Shown one piece after another: positions 28,288 through 38,319 of a stretch of DNA of 64,000 nt (within the stretch, counting starts at the first letter, position 1; each line of letters begins with the position of its first letter). The translations under genes were made by a program, and so were the position numbers. This stretch comes from Candidatus Latescibacterota bacterium (GTDB lineage Bacteria > Latescibacterota > UBA2968). The DNA is taken from the NCBI GenBank assembly GCA_965208125.1, contig OZ242320.1:800001-864000 (forward strand), read 5' to 3'. The notes under the pieces were generated by a model. The model worked only from the letters and a program-made list of their open reading frames with translations, was not told where the DNA came from and did no database searches.

Positions 28288-31200
28288 TTAGAATCTCATC
28301 CGCAAACCAAAGTGAAACTCGCGAGGTGTATCCTGGAACCGCAGAAAATCACCCACATCGCCGTATTCGATATATTCGGGATTGTCCGGCAATGGCGTGT
28401 AAATCACACCCCATTCCACGTATTCAGACCCCACTTCCACCAGCTGATTATCCACGCGATACCAGATATGCGGGTCTTTCTGGTTGAAGAGATTAAAGGC
28501 TTCGAAGAAAGCCGTCACGCTCGCGCGCCTGTTAAACTTAAAGGTCTTCTCAAAGTTGAGATCTGTGCGCGTGTGGATCGGGCCATTGTAGAAGCCTTCG
28601 CCGCCTCTTTCTGGCGGAGAATAGAAAAACCTGCGCCCCGTGAACAGGCGATACACCGTATTCAGGCGCAAATTTTCAAACGGATGAAAACCCACAAACC
28701 GCGGACCAAACTTGCTGGGCGACGTAAACATAAAGGTCACCGTGCCAAAGTTGGTTCGGTTCAGGTTGGCGGGCCGAAATTCCTGAGACTGGTTGTTGCG
28801 CTGCAACCAGGTCGAGGCGCCTTTGCCATCCCAGTTGAGCAGGCTGTTTTCCGGGTCCAGCGACCAGTTATTGCGCCCAACAGCATCTTCGATCAGTTCG
28901 AGTTGGTTGCGCGTGTTGTTGCCAAAAGCATTTCCACGTGAAAAGCGCGTAATACCATCCATGGGCCGCGGGAACTCTTCGCCCGTATCGCTGCCATTGA
29001 CAATACCGGGACCATAAACACCTTCTTCGGTAAGAAAATCACCGTCGCCATTGGAATCGTGTGTCCACTCATACCAGTAATGCGACAGATAATTGCCAGC
29101 ATTGTCGATATAGCCGGCATAATTGCCGAAGTTCGACGGATTCTTGGTCGCCAACCTGTCTGGATTGACATAGTGATGGCCGCGAACACCCGAGTTGCCA
29201 TTTTCAACCCACTGCACATTGTAGGCAATCGTAAACGCCGTCATGTAGTTGAATTTCTTTTTAACAGACAACTCAAAGCCGCGCGTGTCGCGGTTATTCG
29301 TCTGACCCGATGCATTCACCGACCTTTGATGCTGCAAACCCTGAGATTGGTGGCGATAGCTACCACCACTGCGGCGGTTGATCTGTTGCTTGTAATACGC
29401 CGTTATACCCGCCGTGTAATCCGTGATGAAGTTCCAGTCTGCACCCACTTCAAAACTCGTGGTCACCAGCGGCACAATCTTCGGCCATCCCCACTGTCCC
29501 GCATCCACGACATCCAGTGTATTGTACAATTCAGATTCGTCAATCCGCCCATTCTGGTTCAAATCCAGAAATTCCTCTTCGGTGCGGTAGCTGTGCGAGA
29601 AAATCCACCAGAATTGCTCAATCTGTTCAAACTTGCCAAAGGTGAAGTGCATCGCGCTGCTCTCCGTAATCGGATGCGACACACCCACACGCGGCGACAG
29701 CACATGGATTGCTCCCGGACGATGGGTCGGGATATTCTCGATCTTTGTCGGATCGTGATACTTGTACAGAGAAAGAAAATATTCCGATTGCGGCATCTCG
29801 GTATTCGGACTCCAGCGCAAACCGCGCAAGCCCACATTCACCACAATCCCCTCAAACTCCATCTTATCTTGGAAATACACGGCGTATTGACGCGGCACCA
29901 CGCCGACCTGGGGATTGTTGAACTGGCTGTAATACCTCTCGATCAAACCTCTGAAGTCGTTTTTATTGCGAGAGAAACCCCAGTTGTCGTAGAACAAAAA
30001 GTCAATACCCGTTTTGATGAAGTGCCCTTTGGTCACCTGGCTGGAATAATCGACCTTGAGCTGATAGCGGTCGCGCTCTGAATTTGTCCAGTTCACCACC
30101 GGGCGGCCAATGTAAAACCAGCCAGAGTCATTGCCAATACCCGGCTCGACATAGGGCTGATCTGTATTGAAGGGCAGTTCCGTATTCACCTCAGATGTAC
30201 GAGAATACGAGAACCGGATTTCGTAAAACGTGCGCGCCGACAGCGTGTGCGTCAAAGACGCGTAATTCATAAAATCGCGCGTGCGCAACTTGCCCGCCCC
30301 CGAGTATTCGGCAGGCACAAAGAGGTTGCGACCAGAAGAGTTCATATTCTTGCGCGAACCCTGTTCAATGCGCCGAATAACGCCTGCATTGTACCGAGAA
30401 CGCTGATTGAATATAGACCCATAGTTAAATCTGATGTTATTACCCGGGCGATACGTCAACTTTAAGTTCGTGCGGTTGTTAGGCAGTGATACCGCCGTGG
30501 GCGCGGGCAAAGCCGAGGGATTGCGATTTACCGAAGACGTCAACGTGAAGCCCAGCTTTCTCATAATCGGACCACCCAGCATTGCTTCGCCGCGACCGCC
30601 CCACACGCCCGTGTAATCCTGGCGTACGTGAACCTTGCGCTGAACATCGTCGGTGGCAAACTGAGAATCGGTTATCTCGCCCGTCTGATTGTCGTGACCC
30701 AGAATACCGTCGGGACCCGGGTACCACGCCTGCAAATTCTCCCACTCGGGATTGCCCCACTGCATCCTGCCGCGATGCACGGGTGCTTCATACACATTTG
30801 CTCCCCAGTGCTTTTGTCCGGGAGGCGTAATGCGATATTCACCTCTACCCGTGTACCTCTGACCACCTTCTTTGGTCACCACGGAAACGACAGAACCCGC
30901 ATTGCCGTACTCCGCATTCATCCCGCCGCTCAACACCGTCAGTTCTTGTACGGCACTCGTGTTCACGCCCTGAAACCGCGTAAATCCGGCACGCGCATCG
31001 TTATTCACCACGCGCACCCCATCAACCATATACGCCGTCTCCCAGAAGTTGCCACCGCGAACACTCTCCTCTTCGTCGGGGGTCACGCCCGCTTGCAACT
31101 CCACAAAGTCCGACATTTCTCGGACGATCGGCAGTGACTCGATCTCTTCTGCCGTAATAACGGATTTACTCTCCGTCTTGTCGTGCTCCACTGGCGGACG

Positions 31201-31566
31201 CTCTGCAACCACGATCATCTCGCCCAATTGGAGCGCTTCTTCCTGCATCTCGAAGTTCACCGTCGTGGTATGGTCAACATTGACGATCACACCCTGGCGA
31301 ATAGACTTTGAATACCCCATCATCACCGTTTCAACATCATAGGTTCCCGGCGGAATATTAATGATGAAGTATTCGCCCTCCTCGTCGGTGATCCCGGCGC
31401 GTTTCACGCCATCGATATCGATCACCACATTGGCACCGGGCAGCGGATCACCTGTAATCTCAGTGACTCGTCCACTGATTTTACCCGTTGTGGCCGCTTC
31501 TGCCAATCCGGTGCTGATCACCAGAGCGACCAGCAGACCCAGACAACACAATAATCGCTTGCTCAT
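28288..31566 (-). CDS. TonB-dependent receptor with N-terminal carboxypeptidase-regulatory-like domain
   Basis: TGKISGRV..GDPLPGANVVI, SVRGG, YMVDG, GGMNAEYG, VVSVVTKEG plug motifs; NLFNQK; C-terminal FGLRMRF. Confidence 0.92.
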   Translation of the reverse strand: MSKRLLCCLGLLVALVISTGLAEAATTGKISGRVTEITGDPLPGANVVIDIDGVKRAGITDEEGEYFIINIPPGTYDVETVMMGYSKSIRQGVIVNVDHTTTVNFEMQEEALQLGEMIVVAERPPVEHDKTESKSVITAEEIESLPIVREMSDFVELQAGVTPDEEESVRGGNFWETAYMVDGVRVVNNDARAGFTRFQGVNTSAVQELTVLSGGMNAEYGNAGSVVSVVTKEGGQRYTGRGEYRITPPGQKHWGANVYEAPVHRGRMQWGNPEWENLQAWYPGPDGILGHDNQTGEITDSQFATDDVQRKVHVRQDYTGVWGGRGEAMLGGPIMRKLGFTLTSSVNRNPSALPAPTAVSLPNNRTNLKLTYRPGNNIRFNYGSIFNQRSRYNAGVIRRIEQGSRKNMNSSGRNLFVPAEYSGAGKLRTRDFMNYASLTHTLSARTFYEIRFSYSRTSEVNTELPFNTDQPYVEPGIGNDSGWFYIGRPVVNWTNSERDRYQLKVDYSSQVTKGHFIKTGIDFLFYDNWGFSRNKNDFRGLIERYYSQFNNPQVGVVPRQYAVYFQDKMEFEGIVVNVGLRGLRWSPNTEMPQSEYFLSLYKYHDPTKIENIPTHRPGAIHVLSPRVGVSHPITESSAMHFTFGKFEQIEQFWWIFSHSYRTEEEFLDLNQNGRIDESELYNTLDVVDAGQWGWPKIVPLVTTSFEVGADWNFITDYTAGITAYYKQQINRRSGGSYRHQSQGLQHQRSVNASGQTNNRDTRGFELSVKKKFNYMTAFTIAYNVQWVENGNSGVRGHHYVNPDRLATKNPSNFGNYAGYIDNAGNYLSHYWYEWTHDSNGDGDFLTEEGVYGPGIVNGSDTGEEFPRPMDGITRFSRGNAFGNNTRNQLELIEDAVGRNNWSLDPENSLLNWDGKGASTWLQRNNQSQEFRPANLNRTNFGTVTFMFTSPSKFGPRFVGFHPFENLRLNTVYRLFTGRRFFYSPPERGGEGFYNGPIHTRTDLNFEKTFKFNRRASVTAFFEAFNLFNQKDPHIWYRVDNQLVEVGSEYVEWGVIYTPLPDNPEYIEYGDVGDFLRFQDTPREFHFGLRMRF

Positions 31567-31636
31567 TTACGACCCTCCATAAAAAATGGTGAGTGGGATA
31601 GTCCAGTTCCCCCATACTGGAGAACTGAATCTCTAT

Positions 31637-32455
31637 TTACTCGAAATAATATTTAAAACTCACACCAGCATCCACTGTCCCGATCGGAAACGCCTTGTTC
31701 ATTCCCCAGGCGGTCAATGGATTGATCTCGCCAAAAATGAGATTGTAGCGCACGCGAAAATCAAGCCCATACGAAGAACCCAGCGATCCCTCAAAACCCG
31801 CACTTATGGGAATTGTCCACGCTGTCCGCGTATCCTCTGTGGGCACCAACCCGTGCAATAACACCTGACCATTGTCAATTATGCCGATGTTATCCCTCTG
31901 AGCTTCGGTCAGATTCTTGGTATCCAGAGAGGAATTCGGATTGCCCGGATACACCAGCGATATCTGCACGCCGCCGCGATCCACCTCTTCTGGAATATCG
32001 CGATTGATCGGGGCAATCAAGCCACGCACTTTGTGGCTATAATCGTAAAAACCAAGGCCCAAACCCAGATAAGGCGACCACTTGCGGTCGGACATGGTCT
32101 CGGCATTTTCCCTGAAAAACCACAGCCAGTTTGAAGCCACGCTATTCCAGATCATCTCTGAATCGGCTTCGGGACTTGGGACCTGCCGATCTTTGTATTC
32201 GAACGTGCGCCCGGGAAGATTGGAATTGCGAAACTTCGAGTAGTGATACTCCACCTCTGTGGTCAAACGCGGAGAAATCACATAACTCACATTCAAGCCG
32301 AACTTCAAATCACCAGCATACCAGCCGCTCAAAGGACCTGTTGGCTGGTGATAGTTCACCAATCCGCCAATAGCCCACAGATCTGCATCGCGGGCGTCTG
32401 CGGAAGATACAGCAAATAAGAAAACCCCGGCGTACAAAGCTAAAAATCTTTTCAA
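31637..32455 (-). CDS. Outer-membrane beta-barrel protein (small barrel), TTG start
   Basis: Signal peptide, SPYLGLGLG, DFRVRY, C-terminal AGVSFKYYF; GGAGG RBS. Confidence 0.75.
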   Translation of the reverse strand: MKRFLALYAGVFLFAVSSADARDADLWAIGGLVNYHQPTGPLSGWYAGDLKFGLNVSYVISPRLTTEVEYHYSKFRNSNLPGRTFEYKDRQVPSPEADSEMIWNSVASNWLWFFRENAETMSDRKWSPYLGLGLGFYDYSHKVRGLIAPINRDIPEEVDRGGVQISLVYPGNPNSSLDTKNLTEAQRDNIGIIDNGQVLLHGLVPTEDTRTAWTIPISAGFEGSLGSSYGLDFRVRYNLIFGEINPLTAWGMNKAFPIGTVDAGVSFKYYFE

Positions 32456-32496
32456 AAGTGCCTCCTTGGGTTTGGGGTGAGCAAAAAAGAGGGGAT

Positions 32497-32525
32497 AGTA
32501 TAATGCCTAATAATTGGCAAGACAA
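32497..32525 (-). promoter_or_regulatory. Candidate sigma70 promoter of the OM-barrel/TBDR/PorV operon
   Basis: TTGTCT-17 bp-TATACT on minus strand in an AT-rich intergenic region. Confidence 0.5.
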
Positions 32526-32821
32526 GCGTTTTTTAAAGCACACAACAAGGTTAATCAAGCTTCAAAAAAAGCATTCAAAACCATGGCAAAAATCGAGAAT
32601 CTTTTGAGTCTTTTTGTACGGAATTACATATATTTCATTTTAAAACAATAATTTATGGAAATTACAAATTCCAAAAACTTATGAAATATAACGCGAAAAA
32701 TAAGATTCTCTAAATCGTCATATTAAACGTAAACAAATAGAAATAAAAGAGTTAAAACAACCTTGTCAACGAAAAGTTTGTTAAAGTTTGTAACAGGGCA
32801 ATTATTTTTAATTTATAGGAC

Positions 32822-33814
32822 TTACATATTCAAAATTCGATCGATCTCTGCCGCATTCAATTTTCTTTCAAAACGCGGACCGTATTTGGCGACAACGCGC
32901 GAGGAAACATAAGTCGCGAGCCTCGCGGCCTGAGCCGCGTCATACCCCCGGGTCACAGCAAACAAATACGCCCCGGCAAACGAATCGCCCGCGCCATTGG
33001 TATCCACAGCATCTACCACAAAACCCGGCGCATGCAACGCATCACCACCGTCGCAAACCCGGGCACCGTCAGCACCATACGTCACAACCAAACCACCTAC
33101 GCGATGGCGCAACGCACCAAAAACCTCTTCTGTTGTCTCGGCACCGGTAAATATCCTGCCCTCATCCTCATTGCAAAACAGCATATCCACACCTGCATCG
33201 ACCAATGCTGTCATCCTATCCTTAAAAGCAGCCACAATAGACGGATCGCTCAGGGTAAGCGCGACCTTTGTCCCGCGCTCCTGCGCCACCTTTTGCGCCA
33301 CCTGTGCCGCTTCGAAGCCATCGTCTGCCGCAATCAAATAACCCTCGATATAAATATACTGGCTATCGGCAATCACAGCATCCTCAACCTGCGCCACACC
33401 AAACGTACTCGTAATCCCCAAAAATGTATTCATCGTGCGATCCGCATCCTCCGTAATCATCACCAGACACTTGCCCGTAACCCCTTCCCCGCGATGTGAC
33501 GGATTGCACGCCACCCCCGCAGCACTGAGATCGCGAAGATAAAACGCGCCATCTGCATCCTCAGCCACCTTACATCCGTAATAGCCCTGTCCACCACAAT
33601 TGGCCAACGCGATCATCGTATTGGCTGCCGAACCGCCCGACGAGCGCGCCATCTCCTTCCCGCCCAAAGCATCGATCAACGCGCGCTGGCGATCTCCGTC
33701 AATCAGCGTCATCACACCCTTGTCAATCCCCATCGCCTGAAAAAATGACGGATCAACCTGAAACTGAATATCCACCAGCGCATTGCCCAGCCCATACACA
33801 TCGTATTGACGCAT
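32822..33814 (-). CDS. PfkB family carbohydrate/adenosine kinase
   Basis: GNALVD, SGGSAANT, DRTMNTFLG, NEDE, DTNGAGDSFAG. Confidence 0.92.
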   Translation of the reverse strand: MRQYDVYGLGNALVDIQFQVDPSFFQAMGIDKGVMTLIDGDRQRALIDALGGKEMARSSGGSAANTMIALANCGGQGYYGCKVAEDADGAFYLRDLSAAGVACNPSHRGEGVTGKCLVMITEDADRTMNTFLGITSTFGVAQVEDAVIADSQYIYIEGYLIAADDGFEAAQVAQKVAQERGTKVALTLSDPSIVAAFKDRMTALVDAGVDMLFCNEDEGRIFTGAETTEEVFGALRHRVGGLVVTYGADGARVCDGGDALHAPGFVVDAVDTNGAGDSFAGAYLFAVTRGYDAAQAARLATYVSSRVVAKYGPRFERKLNAAEIDRILNM

Positions 33815-33912
33815 GACTTCTCCTCTCTCAATGTAATACCCACCTCAATCAAAAATTAAAATTAAAAACTGATATTACGCAATACTCAAGTACAGAGCGG
33901 CACAATTCACAT

Positions 33913-35220
33913 TCATGGATGCAATCTGTTGGGGGTGCGGGACAAAAAGGTCGTCTCGCGCACAGAGGGCAAGTCGAGCATAACCATGAGCAAACGCGAC
34001 AGGCCAAAACCAAATCCCCCGTGCGGAGGACATCCGTACTTAAAAAAATCGAGATAAAACTGGATAACCTCTAAATCCAGCCCCTTCTCTCTCGCCTGCG
34101 CCCTCAGGACATCGGGACGGTGTTCGCGTTGCGCGCCTGTGGTAATTTCCACACCACGATAGAGAAGGTCAAAACTCCTGGTCAAATCAGGATATTCTGG
34201 ATGACGCATGTGGTAAAATGGCCGCACAGACACCGGGTAATCTATCACAAAAACATAATCGCATCCCCGGGTTTTGCGGATATATTCACCTATCAGACGC
34301 TCGCCCTTTGGATCGAGATCGCCTTCCCGCTCTGGCGCGTGGCCCTGTTCAGACAACACTGCCAATGCTTCGGCCATCGTAATCCGCGGAAAAGGCAACG
34401 CTGGCACCGCGAGTTCAACACCGTAATTTTCGGCAATAGCGTCACCGTGTCTTTCTCGCACTGTATAAATGACATGTTGTAGCCATTGTTCTTCAAATGC
34501 CATCACATCCTCGTGACTATCAATCCATGCGATCTCGACATCCACACTCGTAAACTCTGTCGTATGGCGCGAAGTAAATGAGGGATCGGCGCGAAAAACG
34601 GGTGCAATCTCAAACACGCGATCAAAACCTGACGCCATCGCCATCTGTTTGTAAAACTGAGGCGATTGCGCCAGATAAGCTGTGGAATTGAAATACGGCA
34701 GCGCAAACAATTCAGCTCCCGATTCACTGGCTGTGCCCATCAGTTTGGGAGAGTGTATCTCGATAAAATGATTCCGCATCCAGTACTCGCGCATCGCCAT
34801 TTCAACAGTGGTCTGTATCTCAAAAATCAACCGATTGCGCGGAACGCGAAGATCGAGATGCCGCCAATCCAGCCGATGGTCAATACCCGATGCATTTTCG
34901 GAAAACGGATCCAGAGGCAACGGCGATTCAGCTGCATTGACAACACTCAGTTCTGCAAGCTGAATCTCAACACCACCCAGGCGAACACCTGTATTTTCGA
35001 CAACGCGTCCGCTTATGCATATCGCCGATTCTCGCGTAAGAGCAGAAACCCGCTCTGCCAACGCCCCTGTCTTTTCTTGAACGACCTGTACACTTCCCGT
35101 GCGATTTCTCAAAATGAGAAACTGAACATACTTCTGATCGCGCAGGGCATGCACCCATCCGTGAAGCGTAACGGTTTGGCCGATATATTTGGACAGTTCA
35201 GATATTGCTATGTATTTCAT
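33913..35220 (-). CDS. aspS: Archaeal-type (probably non-discriminating) aspartyl-tRNA synthetase
   Basis: 435 aa without the bacterial GAD insertion; GWVHALRD, YLAQSPQFYKQM, FRAD..TSRH, GAQREH, PPHGGFGFGLSR. Confidence 0.9.
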   Translation of the reverse strand: MKYIAISELSKYIGQTVTLHGWVHALRDQKYVQFLILRNRTGSVQVVQEKTGALAERVSALTRESAICISGRVVENTGVRLGGVEIQLAELSVVNAAESPLPLDPFSENASGIDHRLDWRHLDLRVPRNRLIFEIQTTVEMAMREYWMRNHFIEIHSPKLMGTASESGAELFALPYFNSTAYLAQSPQFYKQMAMASGFDRVFEIAPVFRADPSFTSRHTTEFTSVDVEIAWIDSHEDVMAFEEQWLQHVIYTVRERHGDAIAENYGVELAVPALPFPRITMAEALAVLSEQGHAPEREGDLDPKGERLIGEYIRKTRGCDYVFVIDYPVSVRPFYHMRHPEYPDLTRSFDLLYRGVEITTGAQREHRPDVLRAQAREKGLDLEVIQFYLDFFKYGCPPHGGFGFGLSRLLMVMLDLPSVRETTFLSRTPNRLHP

Positions 35221-35248
35221 GACAAACTCCTTTTTGAATTTCAGGCAC

Positions 35249-35340
35249 AAAAAAAGCCCGTTGTCGCATTTTTTCGACAACGGGCACTTTACTCTACGAT
35301 ACTGGCACAAGACGACCTATGCCGGTCCAGCCCGTCGCCG
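35249..35340 (-). promoter_or_regulatory. Transcription attenuator of aspS (terminator and antiterminator)
   Basis: Terminator GCCCGTTGTCG-loop-CGACAACGGGC-T7 (35285-35249); CGGCGACGGGC (35340-35330) pairs 11/11 (with G-U) to the terminator 5' arm. Confidence 0.85.
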
Positions 35341-35406
35341 GATCGGATTATTGTCGTCATTATTATTGCCAGAGAACTGAGCGATTTGGAAATAGTGTAT
35401 ATGCAT
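35317..35406 (-). CDS. Asn/Asp-rich leader peptide of aspS
   Basis: MHIHYFQIAQFSGNNNDDNNPIRRRAGPA*; seven consecutive Asn/Asp codons upstream of the terminator. Confidence 0.85.
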   Translation of the reverse strand: MHIHYFQIAQFSGNNNDDNNPIRRRAGPA

Positions 35407-35411
35407 GGGAT

Positions 35412-36149
35412 TTATCCAGTTTTCCTCCCGCCAAAAACAGCGAGTTCAAAAAGCTTAAAATAACAATCTACATCTGAAAAACCAATGTCTCTGAGCCATT
35501 CGCATTGGTCTTCAACAGACGCGAGAATATTCGCCTGTTTGTCATCGCGATAATAATAAGCCCGCGCGATTTCATCGCGAGAAGCGTTTGGATCTCGCCG
35601 CGTGACAGAATCGTAAAGCGCGTCAATAAAGCGATCGGCAAAACGCGACTCAACCCACTTCGACGGAGAGCGGACATGCTCGACATTGACAAACACCCCA
35701 TTGGGAGAAAGCAGATCAAAAATTTCGCCATAAACCTCGCGCTTGCGTTCATCGCTCTGGTGATGAATTGAAAAACCCGACACAATCGCATCATAAGGTG
35801 CGTCATCTGCAACCAGACTGAGCCAATCGGACGTCGCATAATCGCCAATAACAAAACGATGCTGTGACGCCGTTTCCCCAAACCGTTTCCGCGCAGCCTC
35901 GATCATAGCCTCAGAAAAATCCACAAACACGCCGCGTGCATCCGGGTGGTGCTCAATAACCGCAGCGCCGAGTATGCCATCCCCACAACCCAGATCCAGC
36001 ACAGTATTGACCCTGTGATCATCCGCATTGATCACCCGGCACATAACGGCAATCTGCTCATCGGACAGCGGAATTGCCTGCCGAATATTTTTCAAATATT
36101 TCTGCGCCAGATCCCGCGCCTGCCAGGCAGTGTCTTTGCGTTTGTCCAT
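35412..36149 (-). CDS. Class I SAM-dependent methyltransferase (start moved to ATG 36149)
   Basis: VLDLGCGDG, DFSEAMI, YDAIVSGFSIHH, LSPNGVF; the longer ORF-track start overlaps ggt. Confidence 0.88.
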   Translation of the reverse strand: MDKRKDTAWQARDLAQKYLKNIRQAIPLSDEQIAVMCRVINADDHRVNTVLDLGCGDGILGAAVIEHHPDARGVFVDFSEAMIEAARKRFGETASQHRFVIGDYATSDWLSLVADDAPYDAIVSGFSIHHQSDERKREVYGEIFDLLSPNGVFVNVEHVRSPSKWVESRFADRFIDALYDSVTRRDPNASRDEIARAYYYRDDKQANILASVEDQCEWLRDIGFSDVDCYFKLFELAVFGGRKTG

Positions 36150-36153
36150 GATT

Positions 36154-37734
36154 TCAATACCCCACTGCCAGACCGTCCTTGCGGGGATCGGAAGCCGCGC
36201 AATAGCCATCGTCCAGTTTATAAATGAGCTGCCCCCCGCCATATCCAATAGCCGGTGGAATTTGGATATCGTGTCCTCGAGCGCGAAGATCGTCCAGCAC
36301 ACCGGCATCCACCCTGGGTTCAATCCCCACACCCAAACCCCCAAAAACCTGCCATCGGGGCGCATCACACGCAGCCTGTGGATTCTGACCATAAGCAAAA
36401 ATCCGAATCATCATCTGCGCGTGACCTTGCGGCTGCATATGCCCGCCCATAACGCCGAAAGACATCACCGGTTGGCCCTCCCGGGTCGCAAACGCCGGAA
36501 TAATCGTATGATATGGTCGCTTGTCCCCATCCACGCGATTGGGATGGCCCTCCGTCAAAACAAACCCCGCACCCCGGTTCTGCATGCTAATACCCGTATC
36601 CGGAATCACAATACCAGATCCAAAACCCATATAATTGGACTGAATAAACGAAACCATCATCCCATCTTCATCCGCCGCCGTGAGATAAACCGTATCCCCA
36701 CGCGGCATGCCAAAAGCGGGCATCCCCGCCCTTTTCAAATCAATCAACCTCGCGCGCTGAGCCAGATAATCCGGATCGAGCAACTGCGCGTACTCAACAT
36801 CCCGCGTACCCGGATCAGACACGTACCTGTGCGTATCCGCATACGCCAACTTCATCGCCTCAATCTGAAGATGTAAACTATCTGCCGAATCAACAGCATA
36901 CCCGGACAAATCCCAATTCTCCAGTATCCCCAGCGCAATCAGCGCCGCAATACCCTGACCATTCGGCGGAATTTCGTGCAGCGCATAACCCCCAAAATCC
37001 ATCGTCATCGTATCCACCCAATCTGCCCGATGCGCTGCCAGATCTTCTTCTCTCATCGCACCACCAGTGCGCCTTGCATGCGCCGCGATCTTCTCCGCCA
37101 GATCACCCGAATAAAAAGCCTCTCCTCTTGTCTCCGCAATGCGCTCAAGCGTACGCGCCTGCGCTTCACACACAAATTTCTCACCAATTTTCGGCGCGCG
37201 CCCCCCCGGTGCAAAAGTCGCCATCCAATCGGGCATATCGCCGTAATTATGCACAGCCTGTGCCCAGCTATGTCCCGTAATAGGCGAAACCGCAAAACCA
37301 TCGCGGGCATAGTGAATCGCGGGTTCAAACAACGCCTCGAACGGCAACACGCCAAACCGATCTGAAAGCGCGGCCCACGCCGAAACACAGCCGGGTACAG
37401 TCACGGCATCCCAACCCCTCTGGGGCATCACAGCGTGCCCTGTAAATAAATCGGGCGACCACGCCTTTGGGGAACGCCCCGATGCATTGAGACCGTGTAT
37501 TTGCTCACCATCCCACAAAATGCAAAACGCATCGCTACCTATACCATTCATATTGGGTTCAACAACAGTCAGCGCCATAGCTGTCGCCAGAGCCGCATCT
37601 GCGGCATTGCCACCTTTGAGCAACATCCGCAACCCCGCCTGAGCGGCCAGCGGTTGAGAAGTCGCAACCACATTGCGCGCCATAACGGGCATGCGTTGGG
37701 AAGAATACGGAAAAGACCAGGACAATTCGGGCAT
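36154..37734 (-). CDS. ggt: Gamma-glutamyltransferase family protein
   Basis: SQPLA, GGNAADAA, VTVPG, PPNGQG, GDTVY (nucleophile Thr), QNRG, KRPYHTIIP, SDPRKDG. Confidence 0.93.
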   Translation of the reverse strand: MPELSWSFPYSSQRMPVMARNVVATSQPLAAQAGLRMLLKGGNAADAALATAMALTVVEPNMNGIGSDAFCILWDGEQIHGLNASGRSPKAWSPDLFTGHAVMPQRGWDAVTVPGCVSAWAALSDRFGVLPFEALFEPAIHYARDGFAVSPITGHSWAQAVHNYGDMPDWMATFAPGGRAPKIGEKFVCEAQARTLERIAETRGEAFYSGDLAEKIAAHARRTGGAMREEDLAAHRADWVDTMTMDFGGYALHEIPPNGQGIAALIALGILENWDLSGYAVDSADSLHLQIEAMKLAYADTHRYVSDPGTRDVEYAQLLDPDYLAQRARLIDLKRAGMPAFGMPRGDTVYLTAADEDGMMVSFIQSNYMGFGSGIVIPDTGISMQNRGAGFVLTEGHPNRVDGDKRPYHTIIPAFATREGQPVMSFGVMGGHMQPQGHAQMMIRIFAYGQNPQAACDAPRWQVFGGLGVGIEPRVDAGVLDDLRARGHDIQIPPAIGYGGGQLIYKLDDGYCAASDPRKDGLAVGY

Positions 37735-37752
37735 AGATCTACATCTCCTATA

Positions 37753-38214
37753 TCAGTTCAAAGTAATTTCTTTTTTAATATCATTCATCAAATCATCGCC
37801 ATCAACAGATGCGCGTAGCGGCTCTGTAAAATTGAGCCGATAACCATTGGGATCTATCACAATAACCTCTCGCGCATTCCACGGGCGATCGTGCGGACCG
37901 GAAACCTGGACATTGCCATCGCGTCGCACCCGTTCGGCAATCGCATCAACCGACTCGCGCAACACCGTAAAATTGAGTGTAACACCCGCGCCCCGAGAGC
38001 TTGAAATCAAAACATTTGGCCCCTCCTCCATCAGAATCAAATCCGCATGGGGTGCCCACCGCAAATGCGACATAATCGGATCGCCATTCGCACCCGGCAT
38101 CTGTGAAATTAGAGAAAAACCGAGCGTATCGCAATACCACCGCGTAGATATATTGAGATCGTGAACCATCAGAGTTGTATAGGACGGCATCTGGTAGTCG
38201 AAATCGGATTCCAC
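37753..38214 (-). CDS. VOC (glyoxalase/bleomycin-resistance) family protein
   Basis: LMVHDL..STRWYCDTLGF, PHDRPWNAREVIVIDPNGYRLNF. Confidence 0.85.
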   Translation of the reverse strand: MESDFDYQMPSYTTLMVHDLNISTRWYCDTLGFSLISQMPGANGDPIMSHLRWAPHADLILMEEGPNVLISSSRGAGVTLNFTVLRESVDAIAERVRRDGNVQVSGPHDRPWNAREVIVIDPNGYRLNFTEPLRASVDGDDLMNDIKKEITLN

Positions 38215-38256
38215 CTTGCATGTCCTTTCTCCCCGAAGGGATAGATAGCCACCAAC

Positions 38257-38289
38257 AAAAAAACCCGCCGAAGCATCTTCAGCGGGTTC
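38257..38289 (-). terminator. Intrinsic terminator in the leader of the VOC gene
   Basis: AACCCGCTGAAG-atg-CTTCGGCGGGTT plus T-run on minus strand, ~40 nt before the VOC start. Confidence 0.8.
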
Positions 38290-38319
38290 GTTTTTTCAAG
38301 ACTATTATGTACTTTACGT

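Noticed and set aside
35221-36398. ORF-track N-terminal extensions (aspS to 35310, methyltransferase to 36398; likewise 19604, 22778, 25442, 41298, 45004, 53606)
   Set aside because: They run through terminators, a MITE, repeats or upstream genes; downstream ATGs fit RBS position or paralog alignment better
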